From contig OX597821.1 of the NCBI GenBank assembly GCA_951406725.2, positions 74,400,001 to 74,464,000 on the forward strand: 64,000 nucleotides of DNA, written 5' to 3'. Positions 14,540 through 27,440 of the stretch are shown here, one piece after another. Every line of letters starts with the position of its first letter. Position 1 is the stretch's first letter. The notes under the pieces were generated by a model, which saw nothing but the letters and a program-made list of their open reading frames with translations, had not been told where the DNA came from and ran no database searches. The stretch comes from Octopus vulgaris. Its lineage: Eukaryota. Made by a program: the position numbers and the translations under genes.

Positions 14540-14911
14540 GCACGCCGTCGGTTATGACGACGAGGGTCCCAGTTGATCCGATCAACGGAACAGCCTGCTC
14601 GTGAAATTAACGTGCAACTGGCTGAGCGCCCCACAGACACGTGTACCCTTAACGTAGTTCTCGGGGAGATTCAGCGTGCCACAGTGTGTGATAAGGGTGG
14701 CCCCTTTGAAATACAGGTACAAGAGAAACAGGAAGAAAGAGTGAGAGAAAGTTGTGGTGAAAGAATACAGCAGGGTTCGCGACCACCCACTGGCGGAGCC
14801 TAGTGGAGCTTCAAAACACTCAATAAATACTTACAACGCCCGGTCTGTGAATCGAAACTGCGTTCCTATGATCGCGAATCCGCTGCGCTAACCACTGGGC
14901 CATGTGCGTCC
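14540..14911 (-). mobile_element. SINE family C, full length, inverted relative to the 13796 copy
   Basis: Reverse complement of the 13796-14168 and 28993-29364 copies. Confidence 0.9.
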
Positions 14912-14944
14912 ACACACACATACATACGTATATACGTACATACA

Positions 14945-14987
<43 letters not shown>

Positions 14988-15179
14988 ACATATACACGCA
15001 CGTGTTCATGAATACATACATAGATACATGCATACTTCAAATTAATATATGCGCACGCACTTTATTCTGTGCATCTACAGAGAATCATAATTTAAAAACA
15101 AGGCGCAGGCACGCGCACAAACGAACACCTGAGTACAGAAGAGAAATACAAAGCGTAAGCGCAGATGCGTCCATATAAA

Positions 15180-15358
<179 letters not shown>

Positions 15359-15533
15359 ATGTATGTATGCACTAGCGCTACCATCTATTTACAAACGCCG
15401 GAAACTGTGTAAACCTCAAAAAGTCTCGTCACTTTTTTAGCGGCCGGCTTAACCGGTTAAGAAAAACTGATATCTCAAAAGGCTAGAAATGTACTCGTAC
15501 AAAGATTCATACATATATACATACGTGTATGTA

Positions 15534-15611
<78 letters not shown>

Positions 15612-15740
15612 TATATATATATACACATATATACATATATATACATATATATATATAGATAGATAGATGTAAGTATATATATGTGTTTGTGTATGTGTGT
15701 GTATACATTTATATACATTTTATATATATGTATATATATA

Positions 15741-15785
<45 letters not shown>

Positions 15786-16329
15786 ATATGTATGTATATA
15801 CAATGATGTATGCATATATTCGCGTGCATATGTGTATGTGTACAAGTATATGTGTACCTGCATATTTCTATGCGTATGCACGTCCATGGAGGTTTGCACG
15901 TGGGCATAAGACCACATGCATAATGCACCAGTGTACGGGTGTATACGTGTAAAAACCTCCGACGCTAACCAAATCCATATATTATATAAAAAGATCTTTG
16001 CAACTCACCTGATAGTCTTTTTTTTTCTCGCCGGGATATAATACAAGGGAGAAGAAAACAACTTTTGTCCAATTCGACCATTTCATCGATCTGTGCTGAT
16101 GATTCACGTTCGATTTTTCGATTTTCGCTTTTTGATATATGTGTATGCATGCATGTATGTATGTATGTATGTATGTATGTATGTATGTATGTATGTATGT
16201 ATGTATGTATGTATGTATGTATGTATGTATGTATGTTTTATATTTGTCTCTACGTTATGTGTGTATGCACGTGTGTATGTACGTGTAAATGTGTAACTGT
16301 GTGTATGTGTGTGTATGTATGTGTGTGTG

Positions 16330-16376
<47 letters not shown>

Positions 16377-16469
16377 TGTGTGAGTAAGTTTGTTGCTTTC
16401 TTTCCTAAAACTAAAAGCGGGTCTTCTGTGAAAACTGTTCTAATTTTACTTCTTCTTTGTTGGGGGCTG

Positions 16470-16519
<50 letters not shown>

Positions 16520-16701
16520 GTTATTATCATTTGTATGCAATCATAACTAATTATTTATTAGTTGCTAATTAACGTGTGACATTTCTATATATAAAAGCTA
16601 CCGAAAGGGATATATGAGTCTGGTTTGTTTTTGTGTGTAGTTTTGTTGTTTTTTTTTGTTTTTTTTTCGTACAGTAGGGAAATTTTCATCTTTAGACTCG
16701 G

Positions 16702-16748
<47 letters not shown>

Positions 16749-16911
16749 GTGTGGGTGTGTCTGTGTGTGCAAGTATGTGGACGTATGTGTGTGTACGTGT
16801 GTTCAATATTCTTGATCACATCCACTTCACACATTCTGTATCGCTATTTCTGTAGGTAATTCTAGCCATCTCTCCATCCGTCCGTCTGACCCTTTGTCTG
16901 TCTGTCTGTCC

Positions 16912-16979
<68 letters not shown>

Positions 16980-17517
16980 GTCTGTCTGTCTGTTTGTCTA
17001 TCTACCCATCTATCCCTGCCTCCCGCTTTCTCTCTCTCTCTGTCTCACCCACTCTGCCCCACCTGTACTGCTTTTTCGCTTTTCCTCTGTCCTTCTGTCT
17101 CCAAGAACTCTGCTATTTCTCTCTGTGGCTGTGGCACCTGTACCAGAAGAAACATGCCTCAGCGTCTCGCATACCTGGCCAACACCTACCTATATACACC
17201 ACTCGACATTCCGCTCTAGAAATATGGATGGCTTTCTCTCACACCTATTTACTGTGGTTATAATACATATTTATATATGCGTTTCCGTACAAACATAATT
17301 GAGCGTGTGTGAAAGAGAATGTGTGTGTGTGTGTGCGTGTGTGTGTGTGCATGCGTGTATGTGCGCGCGTGTGTGCGTATGAGGTAGTGTGTGTGTGTGT
17401 GTGTTTGTGCCACTGTCTAACAAGATATGCATATGTGTGGTTGCATTAATCAATAGCAGAGAAATTCTGGCAAATGGTTCGACTCAAATAAATGGAGATA
17501 ACTAGAATCGGCTGCGT

Positions 17518-17559
<42 letters not shown>

Positions 17560-18511
17560 ATTTGCCTCTTTGCCTCACTCTCTCTATCTCTCTCTCTCTC
17601 TACTTCTTTCTCTCTCTCTCTCTCTCTCTAATGTTATGTATTCGTTTGAATATGGAAATATTTTCTGGTGATCTTTTCTTCATTTAGACAAATATTCTCT
17701 CTCTCTCTCTCTCAGACACACGCACAACCTCTTTCTCTGTATCTTTTCTCTCTGTGTCTGTCTGTCTGTCTGTCTGTCTCTCTATCTCTTTTCTTTCTGT
17801 TTGTCTGTCTGTCTGTCTCTCTCTCTCTCACACACACACACTTCCTCTCTCTTTCTCGCAGCCTCTTTCTATTTATCTCTTTTCCCTCTGTTTGTCTATC
17901 TGCCTGTCAGTCTGTCTGTCTGTCTGTCTCACTCACTCTCTCTCTCTCTCCTTCTCTTTTTGTATCTTTTCTTTCTATATCTGTCTATCTCTGTCTCTCT
18001 GTGTCTCTCCCTCTCTCTTTCTCTCTCTCTGTTTGTTTATCTATCTCTTTCTCTTTTTCTCTCTCTGACTCTGTGCGTGTGTGTGCGCGTGCGTGAATGT
18101 ATGTGCGTGTATGTCTACGCGTGTCTACGTATAGACAAACATCTGATTTGTGTGCGTGTGTTGGTTGTGTGCATACATGTGTGTATGTGTGCGTGTGTGT
18201 TAGCTGTATATATATATGTGTGTGTGTGTGTGTGTATACATGTATATATACATGTATATATACATGTATACACATGTATGTCTATGTTTATCTTACTCTC
18301 ATTGTTGTTTTGCCCCTGATAGAGCATAAGCCTACCATCAAAAGCATTCCTGCCGTGACCATCACATCTATTTCTCATGTATAGAGATAGACCAAGGCTA
18401 CATTATCCAAATAGTTTGTGAGTTCAGGGTTATGTAACTGCTATTTCCAGCAGAGTGACTGTCCACATGGAACCGCCCTCGTTGACTCAGGTGTTTGTGT
18501 TAGCATGCGGC

Positions 18512-18568
<57 letters not shown>

Positions 18569-19051
18569 GGTGTGTGTTTGTGTGCGTGTGTGTGCGCGAA
18601 GGAATACCGTTTGTGTGTAAGGTGTGTATGTGTGTATGTGCATGCGGTCAGACGTGTGTGTCTGTTTGTGTGTGCAGGTGTACGTCTGTTCAATTAATTT
18701 GTTATTGTTGTTGGTATTGTTGCTGTTTAATCTCAGAACAACCCTGACCCATGCCCTTACATCCAAACGTGAAAGCGATCCAACCGTGACCATGCCATCC
18801 AAACTATGTATTTCTTTTTTCTTTCAAGACGTCATCTGAGGGAGAATTGGGTGTTATTTCTAACAAAGAAAGAAGGTTCTTACCGCACAACCACTGCTGC
18901 ACCTATAAATGAACATACATACATACAAACACACACACATACACACTCGCACACACATATATATATTCGTCCCAAAACTTTTGTCCACACACGAAAACAT
19001 ACAAACATCCCTAAAAATGTATGAGTGTGTGTGCGTGTGTGCGTTTGTGTG

Positions 19052-19164
<113 letters not shown>

Positions 19165-19211
19165 ATATGTATATATATGTATGTATATATATATGTATAT
19201 GTATATATATG

Positions 19212-19247
<36 letters not shown>

Positions 19248-19635
19248 GTGTGTGTGTGTGTGTATGTGTGTATAAGTAGAAGACACTCCGTATTTACTCA
19301 AATTGTGAACGTGTGTGTGGTATGGATAGCGAAAGGATTTGTAAATGTGTGTATGTATTTGTCTGCAAGTGTTGGCATCTGAGAGTATGCTAACGTGTGT
19401 GTGTGTGTGTGTGTGTTGTTCTAGTCTAGTGCACATAAATTAAGAAACGAGCGGGAAAGGTGTGGTGGGGGTTAGCTGATGAGTACAGAAGCGGGTGCGG
19501 CGGCGTAATTGTGTTAATAAAGTCCAGAATATGGAAACTGACGGCGAAATGAAATTATTTATTGGAGATATGCTTATGTTTAGTAGACAAAAGGATGGAA
19601 ACTTGTAGACACACACATGCATACATAGATATAAA

Positions 19636-19705
<70 letters not shown>

Positions 19706-19740
19706 CGTGTGTGTGTGTGTGTGTGTGTGTATAACAGGCT

Positions 19741-19927
19741 GCCACTCCGTCGGTTACGACGAGGGGTGTTCCATGGATCCGATCAACGGAACAGCCTGCT
19801 CGTGAAATTAAAGTGCAAGTGGCTGAGTACTCCACAGACACGCGTATCCTTAATGCAACTCTCAGTGAGATTCAGCGTGACGCAGACTGTGACAAGACTG
19901 ACCGGCCCTTTTGAAATCCATGTACAA
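19741..19927 (-). mobile_element. SINE family C 3' half
   Basis: CACTCCGTCGGTTACGACGAG...GGAACAGCCTGCTCGTGAAATTAA. Confidence 0.8.
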
Positions 19928-20094
19928 CACATGTATGTGTGTGTGTGTGTGGTGGGAGGGGTGTATTTATGAATGAGCTTCCGCACAATTTCTCTTTATC
20001 AATTTCCAGGCGTGGCTGTGTAAGAAGCTTACTTCCCAACCACATAGTACTGGGTTCAATTCCAGTGCATGGCGCAATGAATGTCGCATTGTAT

Positions 20095-20640
20095 CACTCC
20101 AGACGACACTTGCTGAACAATGAAGAAAGAAATGAGTACATACTTTTTATACTTAAAAATGAGAGCAACAACATCTTCAGAGTTGGAGAAGAACTCTATT
20201 GAGCAATTATTCTGAGAATACAACCGTTTCATGCAACCCAAAGGAGGTTGGACTGGCCTCCCTAAACGGAAGCTCGGAGGAGAAGCAAGCACCATACCAA
20301 CAGAAAGCAATGCATGGGTACACGTCCCGTAAGCTAAAGGGTGACAGGAAGGGTAGCCTCTCCTGGACCTGCAATAGATGCACTACACCCTACCTAAAAA
20401 GATACCTTTGCTATCCAGGAACAGGAAACGGCTTACTAAATCCCTGATAAACAAGAGGGACAAAGATACCACCAAACCTCCACGATGCGATAAAAAAATG
20501 TCGGCTTTGTTATACCAGTGTGCAAAATATCAACCACATCATTAGACATTCCAAAATACAATTAAATTTCATTCAATTTTAAAAAAAGGTGAAATCGGAC
20601 AGAACTTATGGGATGACCTGATAATTAAAATCTCACAACG
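20095..20640 (+). pseudogene. Decayed R4/Dong-like (RLE-type) non-LTR retrotransposon ORF fragment
   Basis: Frame-shifted motifs KAMHGY, AIQEQE, CRLC and NINHII (CCHC knuckle region) occur in the expected order. Confidence 0.65.
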
Positions 20641-20730
20641 ATAGGTTTAAAATCTATATTTTTAATAATTCTAAACAATTCTAAACAGAATGTAGTGTCT
20701 CTGTGTGATGTGAGAATATGTGTAAACGAG

Positions 20731-20794
<64 letters not shown>

Positions 20795-20883
20795 GGGGGA
20801 GAGAGAGAGAGAGAAAGAGATAGCTAGATAGCTAGAAAGAGATAGCTTGAGACAGAGAAAGAGAGATAGAGATAGAGAGAGAG

Positions 20884-20962
<79 letters not shown>

Positions 20963-21491
20963 GTAAAGAGAGAAAGTGAGATAGATAGAAAGATAGAGAG
21001 AGAGGGAGAAAAAGATAGAGAGAAAGAGAAAGAGAGAGAGATAGATACATAGATAGAGAGAGAGAAAGAGAGAGAGAGATAGAGAGAGAAAGAGAGATAG
21101 AGAGATAGAGAGAGATAATGAGAGAGAGAGAGAACATAAAGAAATCGGGCGGTATGAGATGAATATATTTATTGATATCCAGAGGATGGCGACCATTTTG
21201 CACCCAGCATCATGCAAAAGTGAATTATTTTAGTGTATAATGAATTATTTTACACGTCTGAACTGGTGTGTATGCTATAAATTTCATAATACTATAACAC
21301 ATTCTACAAACTGATGCAGGTACGGAAGGCTAGCTCTTCAGATCAACAGAATATCACAGTTACATCAAGATATTTATTCCCGTATACACATACAATAATG
21401 TTTGTGTGTGTGTGTGTGTGTGTATATGTGTATGTGTGTGTGCGTGTGTGTATGAATATGTATGTATGTATTGTATGTATCTTCATGTATA

Positions 21492-21714
21492 CAGTAATTC
21501 CACGCCATATCGCGGTTCACCCATCGCGGTTTATCATTTAAGCTTACGTCAATTCCTTCGAAGTGTTGTTTTGCATTTATAATAAAATAAATATATACAA
21601 ATTATAAAAAGAATAATAATAAATATACAGTACAGTGCTGTTTCTACATCGCAGATTTTCACCTATTGCTGGGATTTTTGGAACCTAAGACACGGGATAG
21701 TCGAGGGATTATTG
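21492..21714. mobile_element. Tigger/pogo-like MITE
   Basis: Imperfect TIRs CAGTAATTCCACGCCATATCGCG / CGGGATAGTCGAGGGATTATTG, flanked by TA on both sides. Confidence 0.7.
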
Positions 21715-21741
21715 TAGTTCACTGAAGTGTTCGGTCATCAA

Positions 21742-22216
21742 GTAAGTGTTCTCGTCATCAAATCTAAGTAGAGATTTCAAACTTAAAATCTTCAAAGCCA
21801 CAGTCGAACCAATTCTACTATATGGCTCAGAAACCTGGACGTTATCAAAGAAGTTTGAGAGGCGGTTGGATGGAACTTACACTCGCCTCCTTATGAGAGC
21901 TCACAATCTCTCATGGAAGCATCATCCAACCAAAGTGCAAATATATGGGAAACTACCACCTGTGTCATCTCTTGTGAAAGGTAGAAGAGTCCAGTTTGCT
22001 GTACATTGTTGTAGAGCTGAAAACGAGGTAATTTCTACTCTTCTCCTCTGGAAGCCATCTGCTCGCGATACCAGAGGGCGCACAATCTCCTACCCTGATG
22101 TAATCTCCAGGGATACAGGCATCCAGGAACAGGACCTCCGTAATGCTATGATGGACCGTGAAATCTGGTGTAACATAGTAAATTCCATTATCTCGACCAC
22201 GGTTGAACATTGATGA
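21742..22216 (+). mobile_element. 5'-truncated RTE-group LINE (ORF2 C-terminus) with target-site duplication
   Basis: ORF 21746-22213 reads KLKIFKATVEPILLYGSETWTL..LDGTYTRLL, then a (TGA)n tail. TSD TGAAGTGTTCGGTC(A/C)TCAA at 21723-21741 and 22217-22235. Confidence 0.9.
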
Positions 22217-22329
22217 TGAAGTGTTCGGTCCTCAAACCTCAACTTTTGTGCCTGTAAAGTCTAGGGTTGGAAATGTATTCTATAAAGGGAAGGTAGACTG
22301 AACACTTTACTGAACTTTTCTATAATCCA

Positions 22330-22930
22330 TTGAATCATGTGCTGTGGATGGGCTATTTAATTAAAATGGATGACACAAGATCCCTGAGAAATTACTTTAG
22401 GGAGAACACTAAATAAGCGCCCATAGTGTAAACCTGGGAAGGGATATAAAGATGTGATTAAGGCCAGCCTAAAAGTTTTCAACATGGGAGATCAAAATTG
22501 AGCAACGTTTGCGCTGGACTGACCAAAGTGGCGTGGAGCAATCAAGAAAGGTTGTGAAACATTTGAGCACCCAACAATAAAAACGAAAGTTTTTCGAAAG
22601 TAGGAACAACTGCCTTGCGATTTTGAAAGGTTTTTGTGTATTTCCTGTAACCACCAGTGCTTAACAAGTGATGGATAAGTTTGTCATGAACGGTCACAGG
22701 CTGAGGCAAAAATCACGACTCATACAGGACCATATACGTCCAAGACCGTATCAAGACTCGTGTCCAAATTATAACAAGTTTATAGGTCTACTGGAGGTCT
22801 GAAGAGGCTCATAAGGATATACGAAAACGCATCCGCGGAGCTAACCATATTTGAAGGAAATTATGTAGTTCGGAAGCTGGACTCTTAAGCAATTTGCGTA
22901 AGCGCCTACAAAGTTAAGAAACATGAATAT
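22330..22930 (+). pseudogene. Older decayed RTE/BovB-like LINE C-terminal fragment
   Basis: YKDVIKASLKVFN and KWRGAIKKGCETFE with stops and frameshifts. Confidence 0.6.
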
Positions 22931-23197
22931 TGAAAGGAAGATGGTTATCTCCAGAGAGAATGAGTACTAGGCTTACAAAGAGTAAGTCCTTAATTACTTC
23001 AATACCTATGAATGTGTGTATGTATTTAAATGCCTTTTGAAATAATCATACACTTCATTCTAATGGCTCCGAGGAGGCTAAAAGTTGTAAAAACATTTAG
23101 TACTGAGTGCACAGCTTCTCGTGAGAGAAACGTCTGTAAGCTAATGGTTACGTGACTCCTGTTCCCTTGTCATACATATATTTATATTTGTAAATTC

Positions 23198-23261
<64 letters not shown>

Positions 23262-23263
<2 letters not shown>

Positions 23264-23467
23264 ACCGCGTGTGTACTGTTGACGATTTTTTCCTCCGTCT
23301 TCTCTTCCTTGAATCTTTCCTTTCCTATGTTTCTGACGAAGAGCTCCGCTCGAAACGTTAAATCCTCCTTCTTTCTTTCTTTCTTTTCCTGAGCGTCCAA
23401 TAACACTATACTTGTTTCACGTCCTCGCGTTGTTGTGTTTTCTCTGTGTTTTCAGATTTGGATTAAC
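23262..23467 (+). mobile_element. Penelope-like pLTR fragment with hammerhead motif at 23329-23363
   Basis: GTTT-CTGACGA-A-GAGC TCC GCTC-GAAA-C-GTT-AAAT. Same family as 27586, 45051 and 49799; flanked by (TA)n. Confidence 0.75.
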
Positions 23468-23480
23468 TGTATATATATAT

Positions 23481-23589
<109 letters not shown>

Positions 23590-24107
23590 CATACATATAC
23601 ATATAAATATCTTTGTGTGTGTGTGTATACAGATATATGTGATAAGAGATGGGAAGAAAGGGAGGGGAGAGATGAAACAGGTTATTATAAATGTTACGCA
23701 ATTCATAAGTATGTTTTCGTAGTAATCAACAAGTTTAACAATTCTCTACCACTACTACTACTGCTGCTGCTACTACAACAGTGGTAGTGGTAGTGATTTC
23801 TTTGATAACATTGTAAATGCGATGGGATGAAGTGTAAATACCAATAGGAGCAGGTAGGGGAGAGGTTCGTTGATGATAGGAAGGGAGAGGAAATGGAGGT
23901 GGATTACTGGGGTATGGAGAGTGAAGGAAGAGGTAGGTTGGAAAAGGGAAGAAGGAGGGAAGTTCATAAAGGGTAATGGTAATAATGATGAAGAAAAGGG
24001 GATTAAAGGAAAGAAAAAATAAATAGCCAAGGGTGTACGGTTATGGGTGTGTGTGTGTGTGTGTGTGAAAATGGGAACAAATAAACAGTTAAATATATAT
24101 GTAGACT

Positions 24108-24154
<47 letters not shown>

Positions 24155-24286
24155 AGAGAGAGAGCGAGAAAGAGTACGAGAAAGAAAGGGGAGAGGGAGA
24201 GAGATGACGGAAGAAAGAATAGAGAAAATTTTAGAAGTCAAAGATGTATCTATCTATCAAGGTGGAGGTGGAGAAGGATGTGGTAA

Positions 24287-24403
24287 AGAAGAAGAAGAAG
24301 AAGAAGAAGAAGAAGAAGAAGAAGAAGAAGAAGAAGAAGAAGAAGAAGAAGAAGAAGAAGAAGAAGAAGAAGAAGAAGAAAAAGAAGAAGAAGAAGAAGA
24401 AGA
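24287..24403. repeat. (GAA)n microsatellite
   Basis: Direct. Confidence 0.95.
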
Positions 24404-25179
24404 AATTGTTAAATGGACGTGGTTGGTTTGATAAAAATAACTGAACGGTCGGCTTGAAAGTATCTGGTCACACTTGAGCGAAGAAGAATTATATTTATAT
24501 AGCTTGGGAAGAAAATTACATACACATATACGTATATAAATATATACACACATATGTATATTCTGACATACTGACGTGTAAATAAGAAATGGCTGTTTCC
24601 CCGTCAGTTTCGCGAGAACGATTCTGTTGTTTGATGAAATGATTTCCCCAGTTTATTGAATTAGCTTCTGACAGGCTGAGTACTCCTGACACACAGAGTG
24701 TGACAAGGCTGTATCTGTAGACTCAAACCATCAAATAAGCTTCTGTACAGTTTTCGTTCACAAACTTTTACTCACAAGGCGTGGATCGACGGGAAGCTCA
24801 AAATTAAACAAAAATATAAAAAGACACTTGCCTAAAGTGCTGTAGAGCGGAATCGAACTCGTGAACATACGGTTCCGAATCTAACTTCTTAAAAATTGTG
24901 GCATAATGTACCTAAATAACATTATAATTAATCAAAGGACATACTAAGTATGCTTACCAGCTAGAAATAAGAGCCAAAACTCTTATTTAAATCGAAGGTG
25001 AGGCAATTATGCCAGTCCAGTAACCGGTCCACCTGAGTCCAAATACTTGAAGGTATGCTGAGAGATTGTCTTAACCCGTTTGCCTTCGGACGGATGGTTT
25101 CTGTAGTTATTATCAGCGTATTTTGGTGATTTAAATAAGGGTTTTGACTATTATTTCCATATATACATATATAATTTAT

Positions 25180-25390
25180 TAGAAAGCAGCATAAATATCA
25201 CAACAACTGTTACTCAAAGTGTCACGTTCCAGTTTTGTTTATAAACAAAACTGTCCGACGAACGAGAACGTGAAACTCTGAGTAACAGTTTTTGTGATAT
25301 TACAGCTGCTTTTCAATAGAGCATATTACTCTACCTCTGGTATTCGAGTGCCATTTTTAGCACCTTGTTTCGCATTTATGTGCTTCCTCC

Positions 25391-25394
<4 letters not shown>
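25180..25394 (+). mobile_element. Penelope-like pLTR with partial inverted copy; hammerhead motif at 25251-25288
   Basis: CTGT-CCGACGA-ACG AGAA CGT-GAAA-CTCTGAG-TA-ACAG. 25182-25241 is a deleted inverted copy of 25242-25312. Confidence 0.75.
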
Positions 25395-25417
<23 letters not shown>

Positions 25418-25429
<12 letters not shown>

Positions 25430-25887
25430 AAACAAGTCAAAAATAGAAAATGCTAAGATGATTTTATAGTGAATCTTTCAGTACCGGTTTCGGTCATTTT
25501 GAGACCTTTTCAACTGTAACGATTAAATAATTAAATTTTGAAAAATTTAGAAAAATTAGAAGAAAGGTTTTTTTAAAGGAATACTTCCATAGTAGTGTTC
25601 AGATATATGTGGCATTCTGCCTTTCTCTGACTCCCTTTCTCTGACTCCCAGAGAAAGGCAGAATGCCACATATATCTGAACACTACTATGGAAGTATTCC
25701 TTTAAAAAAACCTTTCTTCTAATTTTTCTAAATTTTTCAAAATTTAATTATTTAATCGTTACAGTTGAAAAGGTCTCAAAATGACCGAAACCGGTACTGA
25801 AAGATTCACTATAAAATCATCTTAGCATTTTCTATTTTTGACTTGTTTTTTCATATATATCAACTCGTGTGTTCCTTTCCACCCTTA
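25418..25887. mobile_element. Perfect 212-bp inverted repeat (Penelope-like inverted pLTR insertion) with hammerhead motif in each arm
   Basis: 25418-25629 is the reverse complement of 25649-25860, with a 19-nt spacer and a short unpaired 3' extension. Motif at 25762-25799 (+) and 25479-25516 (-). Confidence 0.85.
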
Positions 25888-25918
25888 TACATATATATAT
25901 ATATATATACACTTTCTT

Positions 25919-26054
25919 AAAAAGTAGCAAAAATATCACAAATACCACCACATTTAGTCGATATTTTTGTTGCTTTTTAATAAGGCATATTACTCTACTT
26001 CTGGTATTCGAGCACTATTTTCTCCACCTTGTTTCGCATTTATGTACTTCCTCC

Positions 26055-26057
<3 letters not shown>
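25919..26057 (+). mobile_element. Penelope-like pLTR 3' fragment (hammerhead region deleted)
   Basis: GCATATTACTCTAC.TCTGGTATTCGAG...TCCGGTA shared with 25320-25394; short inverted arms. Confidence 0.65.
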
Positions 26058-26090
<33 letters not shown>

Positions 26091-26354
26091 TGCTGCAGCA
26101 ACGATCCACTGCAAGTCGTTAGTTACACACTGGATTTGGTAGTTGCATATACACGATGTCCTGGCAACAATTAAAACCTACAATGCATTATTTAACCGCC
26201 GCGAGCTCTATGTAATTGTACCTAACTATTTTCTGGCGTCTCATTTGTAGATATGGCTTGATTCTTAAGGAACCCTTATAACTAATTTATATACATAACC
26301 CCCCCCCCCCACACACACACACACATACACACATGCATATATATATATATATAT

Positions 26355-26618
26355 ACTCTTTACTCTCTCTTTTACTCTTTTACTTGTTTCAGTCATTTGA
26401 CTGCTGGAGCACTGTCTTTAGTCGCGCAAATCGACTCCAGGACTTATTCTTTGTAAGCCTAGTACTTCTTCTATCGGTCTCTTTTGCCGAACCGCTTAGT
26501 TACGGGAACGTAAACACAACAGCATCGGTTGTCAAGCGATGTTGAGGGGACAAACACAGACACACAAACACACACACAATTTATATATATACATATACAT
26601 GTATACGACGGGCTTCTT
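26355..26618 (-). mobile_element. SINE family B 3' two-thirds
   Basis: CTCTTTTACTTGTTTCAGTCATTTGACTG...CGACGGGCTTCTT. Confidence 0.85.
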
Positions 26619-27276
26619 TAAGTGACCGAAGGGGGTCTCAGAATATATATCTGTTTATATATAATAACAAAATTATAAATAAAACATATGCATATATACA
26701 TACGTATATGTACGTACCTACATCTATATGTATATATACATGCATATATGGGTACAGGACACCAAAAAAATTTCGAACACAATGAGAAACCAAAACATAA
26801 AAACAAAACCAAGGAAATGGGCATTTTTTCTTACACAACGAAAAAACAGAGTACAAGACATACAACACAAGGAAAATTCCCCTTCTTCAGTCGTCTCAGT
26901 TTCGTCTACTCCGTGTTTCGAAGGTATATATATATATATACATACCGATGATTTGAGTTCCCTTTTCCTGTTTGCATTAACCAAACTATATGTATGCGGG
27001 TGTGTACGTGTGTGTATGTGTGTGTCCCATGTAAGTGAAACAACCGATATTTTGTGTATTGTTTGTGTGAACGGTTCCGGCGAAACAATTAGTCGGACGC
27101 TAAGTCATATACATTACGTCGCACGCCTGACTAAGACTATTGTTAACATACACTAGAAGCGTAATGTGCGGATAGTCACCATGCAGTCGTGGATTCTATT
27201 GTCAACCATGAAATATAAACAATAACACACACACACAGAAACACACATACACATATTTGCATGCATACATACAAAC

Positions 27277-27331
<55 letters not shown>

Positions 27332-27398
27332 CGAATTTGATAGACATATAGCGGTACTTAAGTCGATTCAAGAAACCTGTAGTGAGATTTTTATTGCT

Positions 27399-27440
27399 GT
27401 ACCTGAAGAGACCCAGAATGGGTCGAAACATCTGTTGTAC
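27399..27440 (+). ncRNA. Minimal type-I hammerhead ribozyme motif with canonical core
   Basis: Stem I GTAC/GTAC; core CTGAAGA; stem II GACCCA-GAA-TGGGTC; GAAA; stem III CA-TC-TG; GUU cleavage triplet. AATAAA follows immediately. Confidence 0.75.

Noticed and set aside
19471-19500. CTGATGA followed by GTAC..GTGC, resembling a hammerhead 5' core
   Set aside because: No GAAA after the stem and no closing stem I or III.
26860-26935. Possible hammerhead 3' half (CGAAACACGGAGTA on the minus strand) in a pLTR-like fragment
   Set aside because: The 5' core is not identifiable because it is replaced by a TA tract; not counted.
27255-27262. ATTTGCAT octamer
   Set aside because: Lies inside a CA/TA/CATG microsatellite where it easily arises by chance.
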